Shown here: positions 47,102 to 57,148 of the stretch, in pieces | Layout of the letters: each line of letters begins with the position of its first letter | How positions within the stretch are numbered: position 1 is the first letter of the stretch | Made by a program: the position numbers and the translations under genes | Notes under the pieces: model-generated | The model's input: the letters and a program-made list of their open reading frames with translations, nothing else | Told to the model about the DNA's origin: nothing | Databases searched by the model: none | NCBI GenBank assembly: GCA_041691855.1 | Contig: JBEPTW010000001.1 | Span: 14,215-78,214 of the forward strand | Reading direction: 5' to 3' | DNA length: 64,000 bases | DNA from: Verrucomicrobiota bacterium | GTDB lineage: Bacteria > Verrucomicrobiota > Verrucomicrobiia > Opitutales > Opitutaceae

Positions 47102-47830
47102 TTATGCCAGCTGACGGCTGAGGCGGCCTTTGTATTTTTTGCCGAGCTCACGATTGTACTCGATGGCATTTGGCATGTTCTGACTGCGGAGGATGGGCAG
47201 CAGATGACCGCCGGTTTTCAACCAGTCGATCACTTCCAGCATCAACAAATTCAACAACGTGGCTCCGATCAACGTCGACGTCGGGCCAGCCATCACGCCA
47301 TCGACGACCGGCGTGATCGCGTCGCCCGGCATCCCGCAGTTGTCGAGGACGTAGTCGGCGACTTCGTGCAATTTTCTGCCACTCGGATGAACCGTCGCGG
47401 CGGTTTTAGACATGTCCACACAAGTCAGGCCGACGACGGTCAGGCCTTTTTTTTTGGCGTGCAACGCGATCTCGATTGGCGAGGAATTTTTGCCGGAGTT
47501 GGAAATGACGATGATCGTTTCGCTGGCCAGCAAGCCATGCGCGCGGTCGTAGCGCTCGGCGATCTTAGTGCCGTAACCCACGAGGTTTTCGATGAACCCG
47601 CCCGTGGGATCGAAGAGTCCGCTGACGCAGACCAACCCGCCGGCGCGCCCGATGATTTCACGTCCGATGACTTCGCTATGACCGCTGCCGAAGGTATGAA
47701 TCACGCCGCCCGTCGCGACGGACGCCCCGATGATCGGGGCCAGGGTTTTCAGCGTCGCGGCGTTTTGCGCGCAGGCTTTTTGCAACAGCCCCGTGGCAGT
47801 CGCGAGGTAGGTAGTGGCGAGGGAAGACAT
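47102..47830 (-). CDS. SIS-domain (sugar isomerase/binding) protein
   Basis: IHTFGSGHS, ISNSGKN, GPTSTL. ATG at 47830. Confidence 0.85.
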   Translation of the reverse strand: MSSLATTYLATATGLLQKACAQNAATLKTLAPIIGASVATGGVIHTFGSGHSEVIGREIIGRAGGLVCVSGLFDPTGGFIENLVGYGTKIAERYDRAHGLLASETIIVISNSGKNSSPIEIALHAKKKGLTVVGLTCVDMSKTAATVHPSGRKLHEVADYVLDNCGMPGDAITPVVDGVMAGPTSTLIGATLLNLLMLEVIDWLKTGGHLLPILRSQNMPNAIEYNRELGKKYKGRLSRQLA

Positions 47831-47875
47831 GCCGGAGTGTGGCCCGGATCGCACTCGGCCTGCACGCCAAAAAGA

Positions 47876-48772
47876 TTATTCCGGCGCGGACCAACGTCCG
47901 AAGATTCCGCACGGCAGGATTTTTTTATCGCGCTGGATGGGCAGACCGACTTCCCCGCCGGTGAGATGGCCGCCCGCGCCGGACATCAGGCTCGCGAGCA
48001 GATTGACCACGACGGTGGGCGACAGGCGCGCCGTGTAGGCATTGATCAGGAAAAACACCGGACGGTCGCTGAGCAGCTGTTTGCATTCACTGAGCAATTC
48101 CCAGAGATGATCCTCCAGCTTCCACATTTCCCCGGTGCTGCCGCGGCCGTAGGTCGGCGGGTCCATGATGATGGCGTCGTATTTTCGCCCGCGCTTGATC
48201 TCACGGCGCACAAATTTCAGGCAATCGTCAGTGATGTAGCGAACCGGCGCATCGGCGAGTCCGGACAGCGCGGCGTTTTCCTTGCACCATTTCACCATGC
48301 CTTCGGCCGCATCGACGTGGCACACACTCGCGCCGGCGGCCGCGGCGGCGACCGACGCCGCGCCAGTGTAGCCGAAAAGATTCAGTACGCTCACTTCGCG
48401 CCCGGCGGCTTTGGCCGTTTTGATTTTTTTGGTGAACCAGTCCCAGTTCACCGCTTGTTCCGGGAACAGCCCGGTGTGTTTGAAACTGGTCGGATGGATT
48501 TTAAATTTCAGCGATCCGTAGTTAATCGTCCAGTTGTCCGGCAGCTGCTGGCGAAACTCCCATTTTCCGCCGCCGGTTTCGCTGCGGTGATAGAAACCAT
48601 CCCAGTTTTCCCAGCGACCGTTGCCGCCGGTGCGCGGCCAGATGATTTGCGGATCGGGGCGCACGAGTGTGTACGGTCCCCATTTCTCGTGTTTCATGCC
48701 CAGCCCGGAATCCAGCAACTGGTAATCCTTCCAGCCGTCAGCGACGATCAATCCGGGGCGTTCAATGGTCAT
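47876..48772 (-). CDS. Class I SAM-dependent methyltransferase (RlmI/RlmK-like)
   Basis: HTGLFPEQ, VLNLFGYTGAAS, HVDAA, IIMDPPTYG. Confidence 0.88.
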   Translation of the reverse strand: MTIERPGLIVADGWKDYQLLDSGLGMKHEKWGPYTLVRPDPQIIWPRTGGNGRWENWDGFYHRSETGGGKWEFRQQLPDNWTINYGSLKFKIHPTSFKHTGLFPEQAVNWDWFTKKIKTAKAAGREVSVLNLFGYTGAASVAAAAAGASVCHVDAAEGMVKWCKENAALSGLADAPVRYITDDCLKFVRREIKRGRKYDAIIMDPPTYGRGSTGEMWKLEDHLWELLSECKQLLSDRPVFFLINAYTARLSPTVVVNLLASLMSGAGGHLTGGEVGLPIQRDKKILPCGIFGRWSAPE

Positions 48773-48815
48773 AACTTTAGTTTGCGAGCGATTTACTCGG
48801 AGTGAATAGGAAGAT

Positions 48816-50072
48816 TTATTTTTTCAAATGAGCTGAAAGTGTACGGTTAAGGCGGCAGTCTACAATCCAAGCCAAACCAAGCGTAAGAATAAAAATGAAA
48901 ATCAGACGCGTGAAAAATGTGAGAGGTGTGCCTGAGAATTCAGGAAAGAGATGTCTTTGGGCGATTTGGATGGGAGAGGCTAAAGCATAAAGGCCGAAGG
49001 AGACTGCGCCTAAAGGCGCCAATCGATTCAAAGCGGTTTGAGGCGGCTTCCACTTTATTAGGAAAGAAGCGGCAAGTAAAGTCACGCCGGTTACTGCTAT
49101 CATTAGCTCCGTGGCTTCTTCCAAAAATATAGTCCGGACGAAACCAATCCAACCCCAAAGCAAACACCCAATCGCCAGTTTTCTCTCCAACGTGGGCATG
49201 CGGCCGGTAATCGAAAGAAGACACCACGCGGAAACAGGCAGGAAGTCCAAGCGATGAAGCGATACGACTGTCCAATCCAACAAAGAAAAGAGTTTCATAT
49301 CGTATATGAACGTTTTAAGTTCACCCAATTGCCAAATTGCATAAGCAGTGAGCAACGCACTGGGCCAGTGTCCGCGACGGGATTCCATCGGGGGCGGAAC
49401 AGTTAACCATGCGACACACAACCCCGTCAGCCAGTATGAAGCACCACACGCGTAGCGCACGATTATGCTAGGAAAAGGAAGGCCGGCGGCTCGACCGATT
49501 GGAAATAGCGCGACAAGACTTACTACAAGAATGAGTGACGGCGCTCGCCACCAAATGACGATGAACGATAGGTAGTAGAACGCCTCGTAGTTCAGCGTCC
49601 AAAGGGCACCATTGTTTTCCAACAAAGGAAAGTGCCATCCTGTCCATGGATAGGCTTCGGTATTTTGCAGAAAAAAAGCGTTTCCCAATATTGTGTGCAG
49701 CCCGGTATTCGGAAGAAACAACCAAGCTAACAAAATAGCGATATATGTTACCGGCAAAAGGCGCGTTACGCGGCGCGATAGGTAGCGAACGACAGCTTTT
49801 CTCTCCAATGGTTTTCGGGTCGTCAAACCAATCACATACCCTGAAAGAACGAAAAACATCAACACTGCGGGCAGGCCCAAGTTTATGCACCATAGACTCT
49901 CAGATGGAGCATACACCGGATCAACCGCCGGTGCGGAAATAAAGCCATGGGCAATGAAAACCAACAATGCGCAAATGCCACGCAACGCCTCTAGTGCGCA
50001 ATCTCGTGTCGCCGGGTAAACATTTTCCGGCCGCGGACGCACTCGGATAAAAAGCCGATCACGCCAGTTCAT
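48816..50072 (-). CDS. Acyltransferase-3 family membrane O-acyltransferase
   Basis: LEALRGICALLVFIAH, MFFVLSGYVI, YLSRRVTRL, LWTLNYE..Y; AT-richer sequence. Confidence 0.85.
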   Translation of the reverse strand: MNWRDRLFIRVRPRPENVYPATRDCALEALRGICALLVFIAHGFISAPAVDPVYAPSESLWCINLGLPAVLMFFVLSGYVIGLTTRKPLERKAVVRYLSRRVTRLLPVTYIAILLAWLFLPNTGLHTILGNAFFLQNTEAYPWTGWHFPLLENNGALWTLNYEAFYYLSFIVIWWRAPSLILVVSLVALFPIGRAAGLPFPSIIVRYACGASYWLTGLCVAWLTVPPPMESRRGHWPSALLTAYAIWQLGELKTFIYDMKLFSLLDWTVVSLHRLDFLPVSAWCLLSITGRMPTLERKLAIGCLLWGWIGFVRTIFLEEATELMIAVTGVTLLAASFLIKWKPPQTALNRLAPLGAVSFGLYALASPIQIAQRHLFPEFSGTPLTFFTRLIFIFILTLGLAWIVDCRLNRTLSAHLKK

Positions 50073-50264
50073 TTTTTTTAACCAAGAGGGGTTTGGTTTT
50101 GATCGCCTCTACAAAAATCTATAGAGAAAAACGGACTCCTCGTTTTGACAAAGTACAATCCATGATAAGAGAAGATTTTGGCCAATACGCTACTGCACTT
50201 TGAAGCAGTTGTTGTCGCAATCCCGAACTTTGGAATAGATCGCGCTCACGAATCTCCTACTTCC

Positions 50265-50972
50265 ATGCGTGTACTTTGGCTTTTCCTCTTGATTGTGAAC
50301 ATTGGCTTTGCGTCTGAATTGAAAACGTTCTCCAGTGGGGAAACCCGCGTGCATTTGCTCGAATTGTACAGTTCGGAAGGCTGCAGCAGTTGCCCACCGG
50401 CCGAATCGTGGCTCGGGGAACTGCGGGATGCGCCCGGCCTTTGGCGCGAATTCGTCCCGGTCGCGTTTCACGTCGATTATTGGGACCGTCTTGGCTGGCG
50501 GGATAAATTTGCGAGCAAGGAATACACCGCGCGACAATACGCCTACGCTGACTACTGGCACAGCGAAAATGTCTACACGCCCGAGTTCGTACTCGATGGT
50601 GCCGAATGGCGGGCGCGCTCTAGCTCAAATTTGAGCTTTCCCGTCGCGAAGGCCGGATCGCTTTCGGTGGTCTACGCGTCTGATGGTGTTTGTCGGGTAA
50701 CTTTTGCGGGCGCGGGCGACAACGATGTCCATGTCGCGGTGCTGGGTGCAGGCATAACTTCACGGGTCCGCGCGGGCGAGAACAGCGGACGCATGTTGCA
50801 TCACGACTTCGTGGCGTTGGCGCTGAAAACCGCGCGGCTGGAACACGGTTCAGCTGAATTGAAATTGCCGATCCCCGCCGAGGACGGAATCGCGCGTCAT
50901 GCCCTCGCGGTTTGGATTACGCCGAAGAATGAGTTGTCACCCGTGCAAGCGACGGGCGGCTGGCTCGATTGA
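50265..50972 (+). CDS. Secreted DUF1223-type thioredoxin-fold protein
   Basis: LELYSSEGCSSCPPA, FHVDYWDRLGWRD, VYTP, GENSGRMLHH. Confidence 0.85.
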   Translation: MRVLWLFLLIVNIGFASELKTFSSGETRVHLLELYSSEGCSSCPPAESWLGELRDAPGLWREFVPVAFHVDYWDRLGWRDKFASKEYTARQYAYADYWHSENVYTPEFVLDGAEWRARSSSNLSFPVAKAGSLSVVYASDGVCRVTFAGAGDNDVHVAVLGAGITSRVRAGENSGRMLHHDFVALALKTARLEHGSAELKLPIPAEDGIARHALAVWITPKNELSPVQATGGWLD

Positions 50973-50980
50973 TCGATCAA

Positions 50981-51313
50981 TCAGGTGTGGCCCGGATTTT
51001 CCGCGGCCAGCTTTGCTTCGATCCCGTTCATCGTAGAGAGAAACGCTTGCGCCAAATCCACCTCGTAGAGTTTCGCGAGCGTGAGGACGCTCCAAAGGGA
51101 GTCCGCCAATTCATGCGCGAGCTTCGCGTCTAAATCGTCCGCGGAGTGCACGCCGGTTTTTGCCATGACGAGTTTCATCAAGTCACCGACGTCGCCGACG
51201 AACCCCTGCATGACTTCTTCGCGGCTCCACGGCCGGAGACCTTTTGCTTGTGCGATGCGGGCAAAGTTGGCGTGAACCTCCATGGCGCGTTCAGTGAGTT
51301 GGGCGAGCTCCAT
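50981..51313 (-). CDS. MazG-like nucleotide pyrophosphohydrolase
   Basis: GFVGDVGDL..HELADSLW all-alpha NTP-PPase motif. Confidence 0.75.
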   Translation of the reverse strand: MELAQLTERAMEVHANFARIAQAKGLRPWSREEVMQGFVGDVGDLMKLVMAKTGVHSADDLDAKLAHELADSLWSVLTLAKLYEVDLAQAFLSTMNGIEAKLAAENPGHT

Positions 51314-51410
51314 GAAGCGAGCTAACACGGGTGGCCGCTGGCGGTCGAGTCCGGTTCGACGAGGATTTTCAGTTGTGGCGCGGTGGTTGCGGTGATTTTA
51401 TGCGGGCAAG

Positions 51411-52427
51411 ATGAAACGTTTGTTACCCCTGATGATTTCGTTCTTCGCTGGCGTTGGATTAATTGTTGTCTCCACGGTTCGCGCCGCAGAAGCGGGTGAC
51501 GCCGTGAAACTCAGCGCGCTGCCCGATCGCGTGCGGGTGGAAATCGGCGGCGAATTATTTACCGAGTACGTCTATGGCGACGGCGCCTCGCGTCCGTATT
51601 GTTATCCGATAACCGCCGCCGATGGCACGCGGCTCACGCGGGATTTTCCGATGAAGGATACGCCGGGCGAGGACCGCGATCATCCGTGGCATCGCTCGCT
51701 GATGTTTGCGCACAGCATGGTCGGTGGCGTGGATTTTTGGAACGAGGGCAGTGGTGACACCGGGAAATCACCCAAGGAAAAAGGACGCATCGTCCACGAC
51801 AAAATTCTGGAAACCACGAGCGGCGCCGTGGGTGTTATCCGTGCGACCAACCGCTGGACGGCCCCGGACGGAAGGGTGGTGTGTACCGACGAACGCACGA
51901 TTCGGGTTCGCAGCGTGCCCGACGGGCGCTTGCTGGATTACGAGGTGACGTTGCACGCATTGCCCGACGCACCGCTGCTGATCGGCGACAACAAGGACGG
52001 AACGATGGCCACCCGCCTCGCGCAATGGATGACGATGCCGCACAACTATCAGAAAAAAGAAGTTTCCGGAAACGGCCACATCGTTACGGCGAAGGGCGAC
52101 CGCGATTCCGCCGCGTGGGGCAAGCGCGCCGATTGGTGCGATTACTACGCGTCGCACAACGGCAAAATCTACGGCATCGCGATTTTCGATCATCCGCAAA
52201 ACCTGCATCATCCCACGTGGTGGATGGCACGCGATTACGGATTGTTCGGCGCGAATCCCTTCGGCCAGCACGATTTTGAAGGACTCAAAGGCCAGCCCCA
52301 CGCCGGTGACTACACGATTCCCGCCGGCGGTAGTCTGACGCTGCGGTACCGGTTTTACTTTCACGAAGGCGATGAAAAAACCGCCAAAGTCGCGGAGTAC
52401 TACGCCGAATATGCGGCGGGAAAATGA
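51411..52427 (+). CDS. Secreted PmoA-like (DUF6807-type) carbohydrate-associated protein
   Basis: RPYCYPI, DHPWHRSL, HPTWWMARDYGLFGANPFG. Confidence 0.7.
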   Translation: MKRLLPLMISFFAGVGLIVVSTVRAAEAGDAVKLSALPDRVRVEIGGELFTEYVYGDGASRPYCYPITAADGTRLTRDFPMKDTPGEDRDHPWHRSLMFAHSMVGGVDFWNEGSGDTGKSPKEKGRIVHDKILETTSGAVGVIRATNRWTAPDGRVVCTDERTIRVRSVPDGRLLDYEVTLHALPDAPLLIGDNKDGTMATRLAQWMTMPHNYQKKEVSGNGHIVTAKGDRDSAAWGKRADWCDYYASHNGKIYGIAIFDHPQNLHHPTWWMARDYGLFGANPFGQHDFEGLKGQPHAGDYTIPAGGSLTLRYRFYFHEGDEKTAKVAEYYAEYAAGK

Positions 52428-52446
52428 AATTCAAAACACCCCTTCC

Positions 52447-53886
52447 TTGAAATCTTTCGATCGCCGCACCTTTCTCAAAGCCTCCACTTTGGCCATCGCG
52501 GGCGTGGCGTTGTCGGCCCGCTGGTGGGGCGCAGTCGTTGGGGCAAACAGTAACATTCGAGTAGCGGTCGTGGGCCTTCATGGCCGCGGGAAAAATCATC
52601 TCAGCAGTCTCTCGAAACTGAAGGGCGTGCGCATCGTGGCCTTGTGCGACGTGGACTCTTTCGTCCTGGCAAAAACGGCTGCCGCTCATCCCGGCGCGAA
52701 AACTTATTCGGACATCCGCGAACTGCTCGCTTCGCCCGAGATCGACGCCATCACCATCGCGACGCCGAATCACTGGCATTCGCTCATGGGCATCTGGGCC
52801 TGTCAGGCGGGCAAGGATGTGTACGTCGAAAAACCAATTTCGCACAACGTCTGGGAAGGGCGCCAACTCGTCGCCGCCGCGAAAAAATATAACCGAGTGA
52901 TTCAAGCCGGCACGCAGATCCGTTCGGGCGAAGGTCTGCGCGAAGCGGTGGCGTGGATACAATCCGGCGCTCTTGGCAAAATCACCGCCTCGCGCGGCTT
53001 TTGTTACAAGCGCCGCGACAGCATCGGGAAAACATCCGGCCCTCAACCGGTACCACCCACGATCAATTACGATCTCTGGTCCGGACCCGCGCCGCTGGTT
53101 CCACCGCACCGCAACACTCCGAAAAACGGCCCCGTCCACTACGATTGGCATTGGATCTGGCTTTACGGCAACGGTGACGTCGGCAACCAGGGGATTCACC
53201 AAATGGATGTCGCGCGCTGGTTTCTGGGCGAACCCGGACTGCCGCGGCACACGATGAGCATCGGCGGCCGGCTCGGTTACGTGGACGATGGCCAAACTCC
53301 GAACACGCAGGTAGTCATTCACGACTATGCGACGGCCCCGCTTATTTTCGAAGTGCGCGGGCTGCCGTTAACGACCAGAGAAAGCTACCGCGGCGTTTCC
53401 ATTGGCAATGTCATCGATTGCGAAGGCGGTTCGCTGGTCACTGGCAGTTACTTCACGGCTAACGCGTATGATCGCGCTGGAAAATTGATCAAGGAATTCA
53501 AGGGCGAGGACCGGCACATGGCCAATTTCATCGAGGTAGTGCGCAACCGGAAAACGGCCGACCTTTACGGCCCGATTGGCGAAGGCCACATTTCCAGCGC
53601 GCTTTGTCATTTGGGAAATATTTCGCACGAGATTGGCCGCACCGCGACCCCCGGCGAATTGCAGGAGAAAATCAAAGGCAACGCGTCCCTCGCGGAAGCA
53701 TACGGCCGAATGACCGGCCATCTCGCCGCCAACCACGTTGACCTAACCAAGACGCCCGTGACCCTGGGCGCGCCGCTCGCCGTCGCTTCTGATGCTGAGC
53801 GTTTTATCGGCGAAAATTCAGCGCCCGCCAACGCTCTTCTCACCCGCGACTACCGCACGCCTTTCGTCGTTCCGCAGTTGGCGTGA
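52447..53886 (+). CDS. Tat-exported Gfo/Idh/MocA oxidoreductase
   Basis: RRTFLK twin-arginine motif, VVGLHGRG, ATPNHWH, YVEKP, NQGIHQMD. Start uncertain (TTG 52447 or ATG 52411). Confidence 0.88.
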   Translation: MKSFDRRTFLKASTLAIAGVALSARWWGAVVGANSNIRVAVVGLHGRGKNHLSSLSKLKGVRIVALCDVDSFVLAKTAAAHPGAKTYSDIRELLASPEIDAITIATPNHWHSLMGIWACQAGKDVYVEKPISHNVWEGRQLVAAAKKYNRVIQAGTQIRSGEGLREAVAWIQSGALGKITASRGFCYKRRDSIGKTSGPQPVPPTINYDLWSGPAPLVPPHRNTPKNGPVHYDWHWIWLYGNGDVGNQGIHQMDVARWFLGEPGLPRHTMSIGGRLGYVDDGQTPNTQVVIHDYATAPLIFEVRGLPLTTRESYRGVSIGNVIDCEGGSLVTGSYFTANAYDRAGKLIKEFKGEDRHMANFIEVVRNRKTADLYGPIGEGHISSALCHLGNISHEIGRTATPGELQEKIKGNASLAEAYGRMTGHLAANHVDLTKTPVTLGAPLAVASDAERFIGENSAPANALLTRDYRTPFVVPQLA

Positions 53887-53902
53887 TCGGATTCAATTTT
53901 TT

Positions 53903-53964
53903 TGGAGCCACGGCGACCCCGCCGTGGACGTGCGAAAAACCGCAGCGGGGTCGCTGCGGCTCCA
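53903..53964. repeat. Inverted REP-like doublet with a TGGAG foot
   Basis: tggagccacggcgaccccgccgtgg ... ccgcagcggggtcgctgcggctcca; single copies at 59204-59227 and 60100-60126. Confidence 0.75.
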
Positions 53965-53990
53965 GTTCAAATTTAAAGGCTTCGGTTCAT

Positions 53991-54608
53991 TCAAGTCCCG
54001 TACAACCGATCGCCGAAATCGCCGAGGCCGGGCAGGATGTATTTACGGAGATTGAGTTCGCGATCGAGCGCACCCGCGTGAATGGGAATCTCAGGATGGT
54101 TTTTTTGCATTGCGGCCGCGCCTTCGGGCGATGCGACGATGCAGATGAACACGATTTCCTTCGCGCCGGCCGACTTCACGACATCGACCGCCTGCACCGC
54201 CGAGCCACCGGTTGCCAGCATCGGATCCACGACGATGACCCGCTTGTTTTCGAGCGGCGGAAGCTTGCAATAATAGCTGCGCGCGATGGCGGTTTCGTGG
54301 TCGCGCTCCAGTCCGACGTAGCCGACCGACACGACCGGGAATACATCGAGAAACGGCTGCATCATGCCGAGACCCGCGCGCAGGATTGGCACGACGACGA
54401 GCGCCTTGGCGAGCACTTGGCCCATCGTCGATTCCATGGGCGTCTCGATGGTTTTTTCGACGGTACCCAAATCACGTGTGGCTTCGAGCGCGAGCAGCAG
54501 GGAAATTTGATAACTCAGCGTGCGAAAGAGCGCGGGTTTCGTGGTTTGGTCGCGCAAATGTGTGAGCACATGCGCCCCGAGCGGATGAGAAAGGACATGA
54601 AGTGGCAT
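53991..54608 (-). CDS. upp: Uracil phosphoribosyltransferase
   Basis: VPILRAGLGM, VDPMLATGGS, YILPGLGDFGDRLYGT. Confidence 0.96.
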   Translation of the reverse strand: MPLHVLSHPLGAHVLTHLRDQTTKPALFRTLSYQISLLLALEATRDLGTVEKTIETPMESTMGQVLAKALVVVPILRAGLGMMQPFLDVFPVVSVGYVGLERDHETAIARSYYCKLPPLENKRVIVVDPMLATGGSAVQAVDVVKSAGAKEIVFICIVASPEGAAAMQKNHPEIPIHAGALDRELNLRKYILPGLGDFGDRLYGT

Positions 54609-54688
54609 CGTGGGAAAAGTTCAGCAATTCAGTAGCCAATCCGCGCGCCAAGCCCAAACCCAAAAAATACTCGGAGCGCTTCATCCTT

Positions 54689-57142
54689 TTACGGTTTCAG
54701 TGTCAACGTGTGCTTTGTTGGGCCGGGGAGGAAGGGAGTTGGCTGGCCTTTTACCCATGCGTCGTGTCCTGCGCTGTAATAGGGCGAGAGGGGATTGCCG
54801 CTCTGGCCGCCGGGCATTTCGAAGATTCCTTCGTTCTCGTGGCCCGGTGACACCACCATGCGCTCGCTCGCGCCAAACGCCGGGGCTTGCACGCGCGGCA
54901 TATCGTTGTCGCCCGGCAGCGGCTCGCCGGGCAGATCGAGAAACTGCCCGAGAAAGTGCGGCAGAAAACGACTGAAAGGGTGCTGCATTCGCAATGTGTT
55001 GCGGGCGCCCCACGTGAAACGCCGCATGGGTAATCCGGCGTGTTCTACGTCGGCAACCACGTCGTCGGCGGCGACAAGCATCAACTCCTCCCACGATTTG
55101 TAGTCGGGATTAAGCAACCGCGCCGGCTTTTCCTGGATCAACTGCCACAACGCATCGTCGTAATGAAACTGGCTATAGTCGAAATCGGGATAGTGGGCGC
55201 GGGCATCTTCAAAAAATGGCGAGAGCGCCCGCTCCGCGAGTTTCGCGTGGAAGGATCGCACTAATCGGTAAGCCGCTGAATCGACGCCGGCGTGACCGTT
55301 CCATTGGCGCACCGCGTCGCGCATTTCTCCGCGCAGGTGATTCTTTGCAACCGCTTCGTCACTGAGCACGGCGAGCAACACTTTCTGCCAGCGTTCAAGA
55401 AAGCGCGCGCGATCATCGAGCTCGATGGCCAGTAAGTCGGCGGCGCTCGTTTTTTTCCCCGACGCGATCAACTGGTGCAGTCCATCGCGGATCTGCTGTG
55501 CGCGGGCGCCTTGATCATAGCCATTGTCGCCGATGGTGGCCAGCGCGGGATCGCCCACGAGGCGTTGGTTCGCCGTCCAGAGAATACCTTCCTTCGCCAA
55601 CGCGCCGGCGTTGATTTGCCGGCCTTCCGGCAATCCAGCCGTCGCCGCTGGGCCGGCAATTTTGATTACGGGGATTTCCTCGGGTTTCAACCAGCCGTCC
55701 CATTTGCGATCGACGAATGCCCACGAAACGGCCTGGCGTCCGTCGTATCCGACGCGCCGAGGAAACGTGCCGGTGATCGTCGACGCAATCGAACCGCTCG
55801 CATCCGCGACAACGAGATTTTGATTGGGCATGCCGGCGCGATGCGCGATGGCCATCGCGTCGTCCACGGTGCGCGCCGTTTCCAGCTCCATCAAATTCAG
55901 GTTGGTCGATTCGACGTCGTGCGCATTCCAGCGGAGCGCGGAATAATGATTCTCCTGCAAATCACCGATGAGCGGTCCCCATTCGGTCCAGCGCGCGGTG
56001 AAAGGCGCGGGATCTTTGGCTTTGACCTTGATTGGATCAGAGCGGTTTTCGATTTCCGGCCAACCGTGCGGAGTACGATATAAGGCGTGCGCGATTCCGT
56101 CGGTTTCGACGAGGACGACATCGCTGGTGTCCGCGTACGAATTCGTCTCGCCCCACGCGATGTGGCCGTTGCTGCCGGCGATGATCGCGGGAAGTCCGGG
56201 CAAACTCACTCCCGTCACCTGATGCGCCGTCCCGGTCGCGTCCGTCCACTTCAGCACGGCGCGGTACCAAATATTTGGCACGTTCAGGCCGAGGTGCATG
56301 TCGTTCGCGAGGATCGCAGCGCCGCTCGCGGTGTGAGTGCCGCTCACGGCAAAGGCATTTGAACCCGGCAACAACCGTGATTCCGAAACGAGCGGAGCGA
56401 CCGCAGTCGTTGCCGGCTCGGCCGGTTGCAAATGAAGCGGCGGCAGCTTGGCCGGCGGAAACGTGCTGCCGTCCAAAGCGGCGTCCCACGAGTCGCCGAG
56501 TGGCGCGAAAAAATCGAGGCCGGTCTGTCCGAGACTCACGCGGAGCGCGCGAACACTTTGTTCATACCGCGCGGTCGCATCCTGCAAATCGAACCACATC
56601 GCATAAATCACGAGCAGGCTGTCCTCCGCGCGCCACGGCGCGGGATCGGTGCGGAGCACGACGTATTCCCACGGAATTTTTGGCACCGTGCTGAGCGCGG
56701 CGTTCACGCCGTCCGTGAACGCATCGAGCAGTGCGCGCTTGTCCGCCGGCAGCGCGGCCAGAACTTTTACGGCGGTCCGCCGAAATTCATGCAGGCGACG
56801 TGCTCGGTCGATCTCAAGGGTCGCAGGCCCGAAAATTTCCGATAGCTCTCCCGCGCCCATTCGGCGCAACACGTCCATCTGGAAAAAACGATCCTGCGCC
56901 TGTACGAAACCCGTGGCGCGAGCGACATCGAGGCGCGTTTTCCCCTCGATGGTCGGCACCCCGAGTGAATCGCGCCTGATCGTCACGGATGCACTCAAGC
57001 CCGCGAGGGCCCGCGTTCCGTCAAGTTGGGGCAGGCTCGCGCGGATTCGCCACCAACCCCACCCGGCCGCGATCACCGCGAGTGCGACGAGCACGCTCAA
57101 CGCGGAAAGCAGATAACGCGCGCGCAATTGGAGCGGGGACAT
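54689..57142 (-). CDS. Penicillin/acyl-homoserine-lactone acylase family Ntn-hydrolase
   Basis: GFVQAQDRFFQMD, nucleophile GSNAFAV, LANDMHL, NQN, PGGQSGNP. Confidence 0.9.
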   Translation of the reverse strand: MSPLQLRARYLLSALSVLVALAVIAAGWGWWRIRASLPQLDGTRALAGLSASVTIRRDSLGVPTIEGKTRLDVARATGFVQAQDRFFQMDVLRRMGAGELSEIFGPATLEIDRARRLHEFRRTAVKVLAALPADKRALLDAFTDGVNAALSTVPKIPWEYVVLRTDPAPWRAEDSLLVIYAMWFDLQDATARYEQSVRALRVSLGQTGLDFFAPLGDSWDAALDGSTFPPAKLPPLHLQPAEPATTAVAPLVSESRLLPGSNAFAVSGTHTASGAAILANDMHLGLNVPNIWYRAVLKWTDATGTAHQVTGVSLPGLPAIIAGSNGHIAWGETNSYADTSDVVLVETDGIAHALYRTPHGWPEIENRSDPIKVKAKDPAPFTARWTEWGPLIGDLQENHYSALRWNAHDVESTNLNLMELETARTVDDAMAIAHRAGMPNQNLVVADASGSIASTITGTFPRRVGYDGRQAVSWAFVDRKWDGWLKPEEIPVIKIAGPAATAGLPEGRQINAGALAKEGILWTANQRLVGDPALATIGDNGYDQGARAQQIRDGLHQLIASGKKTSAADLLAIELDDRARFLERWQKVLLAVLSDEAVAKNHLRGEMRDAVRQWNGHAGVDSAAYRLVRSFHAKLAERALSPFFEDARAHYPDFDYSQFHYDDALWQLIQEKPARLLNPDYKSWEELMLVAADDVVADVEHAGLPMRRFTWGARNTLRMQHPFSRFLPHFLGQFLDLPGEPLPGDNDMPRVQAPAFGASERMVVSPGHENEGIFEMPGGQSGNPLSPYYSAGHDAWVKGQPTPFLPGPTKHTLTLKP

Positions 57143-57148
57143 CCGGGG

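Noticed and set aside
51411-52427. Methane monooxygenase subunit, suggested by the PmoA family name
   Set aside because: Soluble secreted beta-rich protein with no pmoB/pmoC and no TM helices; the name reflects a family label only.
52424-52450. Eight-codon ORF overlapping the PmoA-like stop and the oxidoreductase TTG, as a frameshift or leader peptide
   Set aside because: The oxidoreductase frame is open with plausible in-frame starts, so no frameshift is needed.
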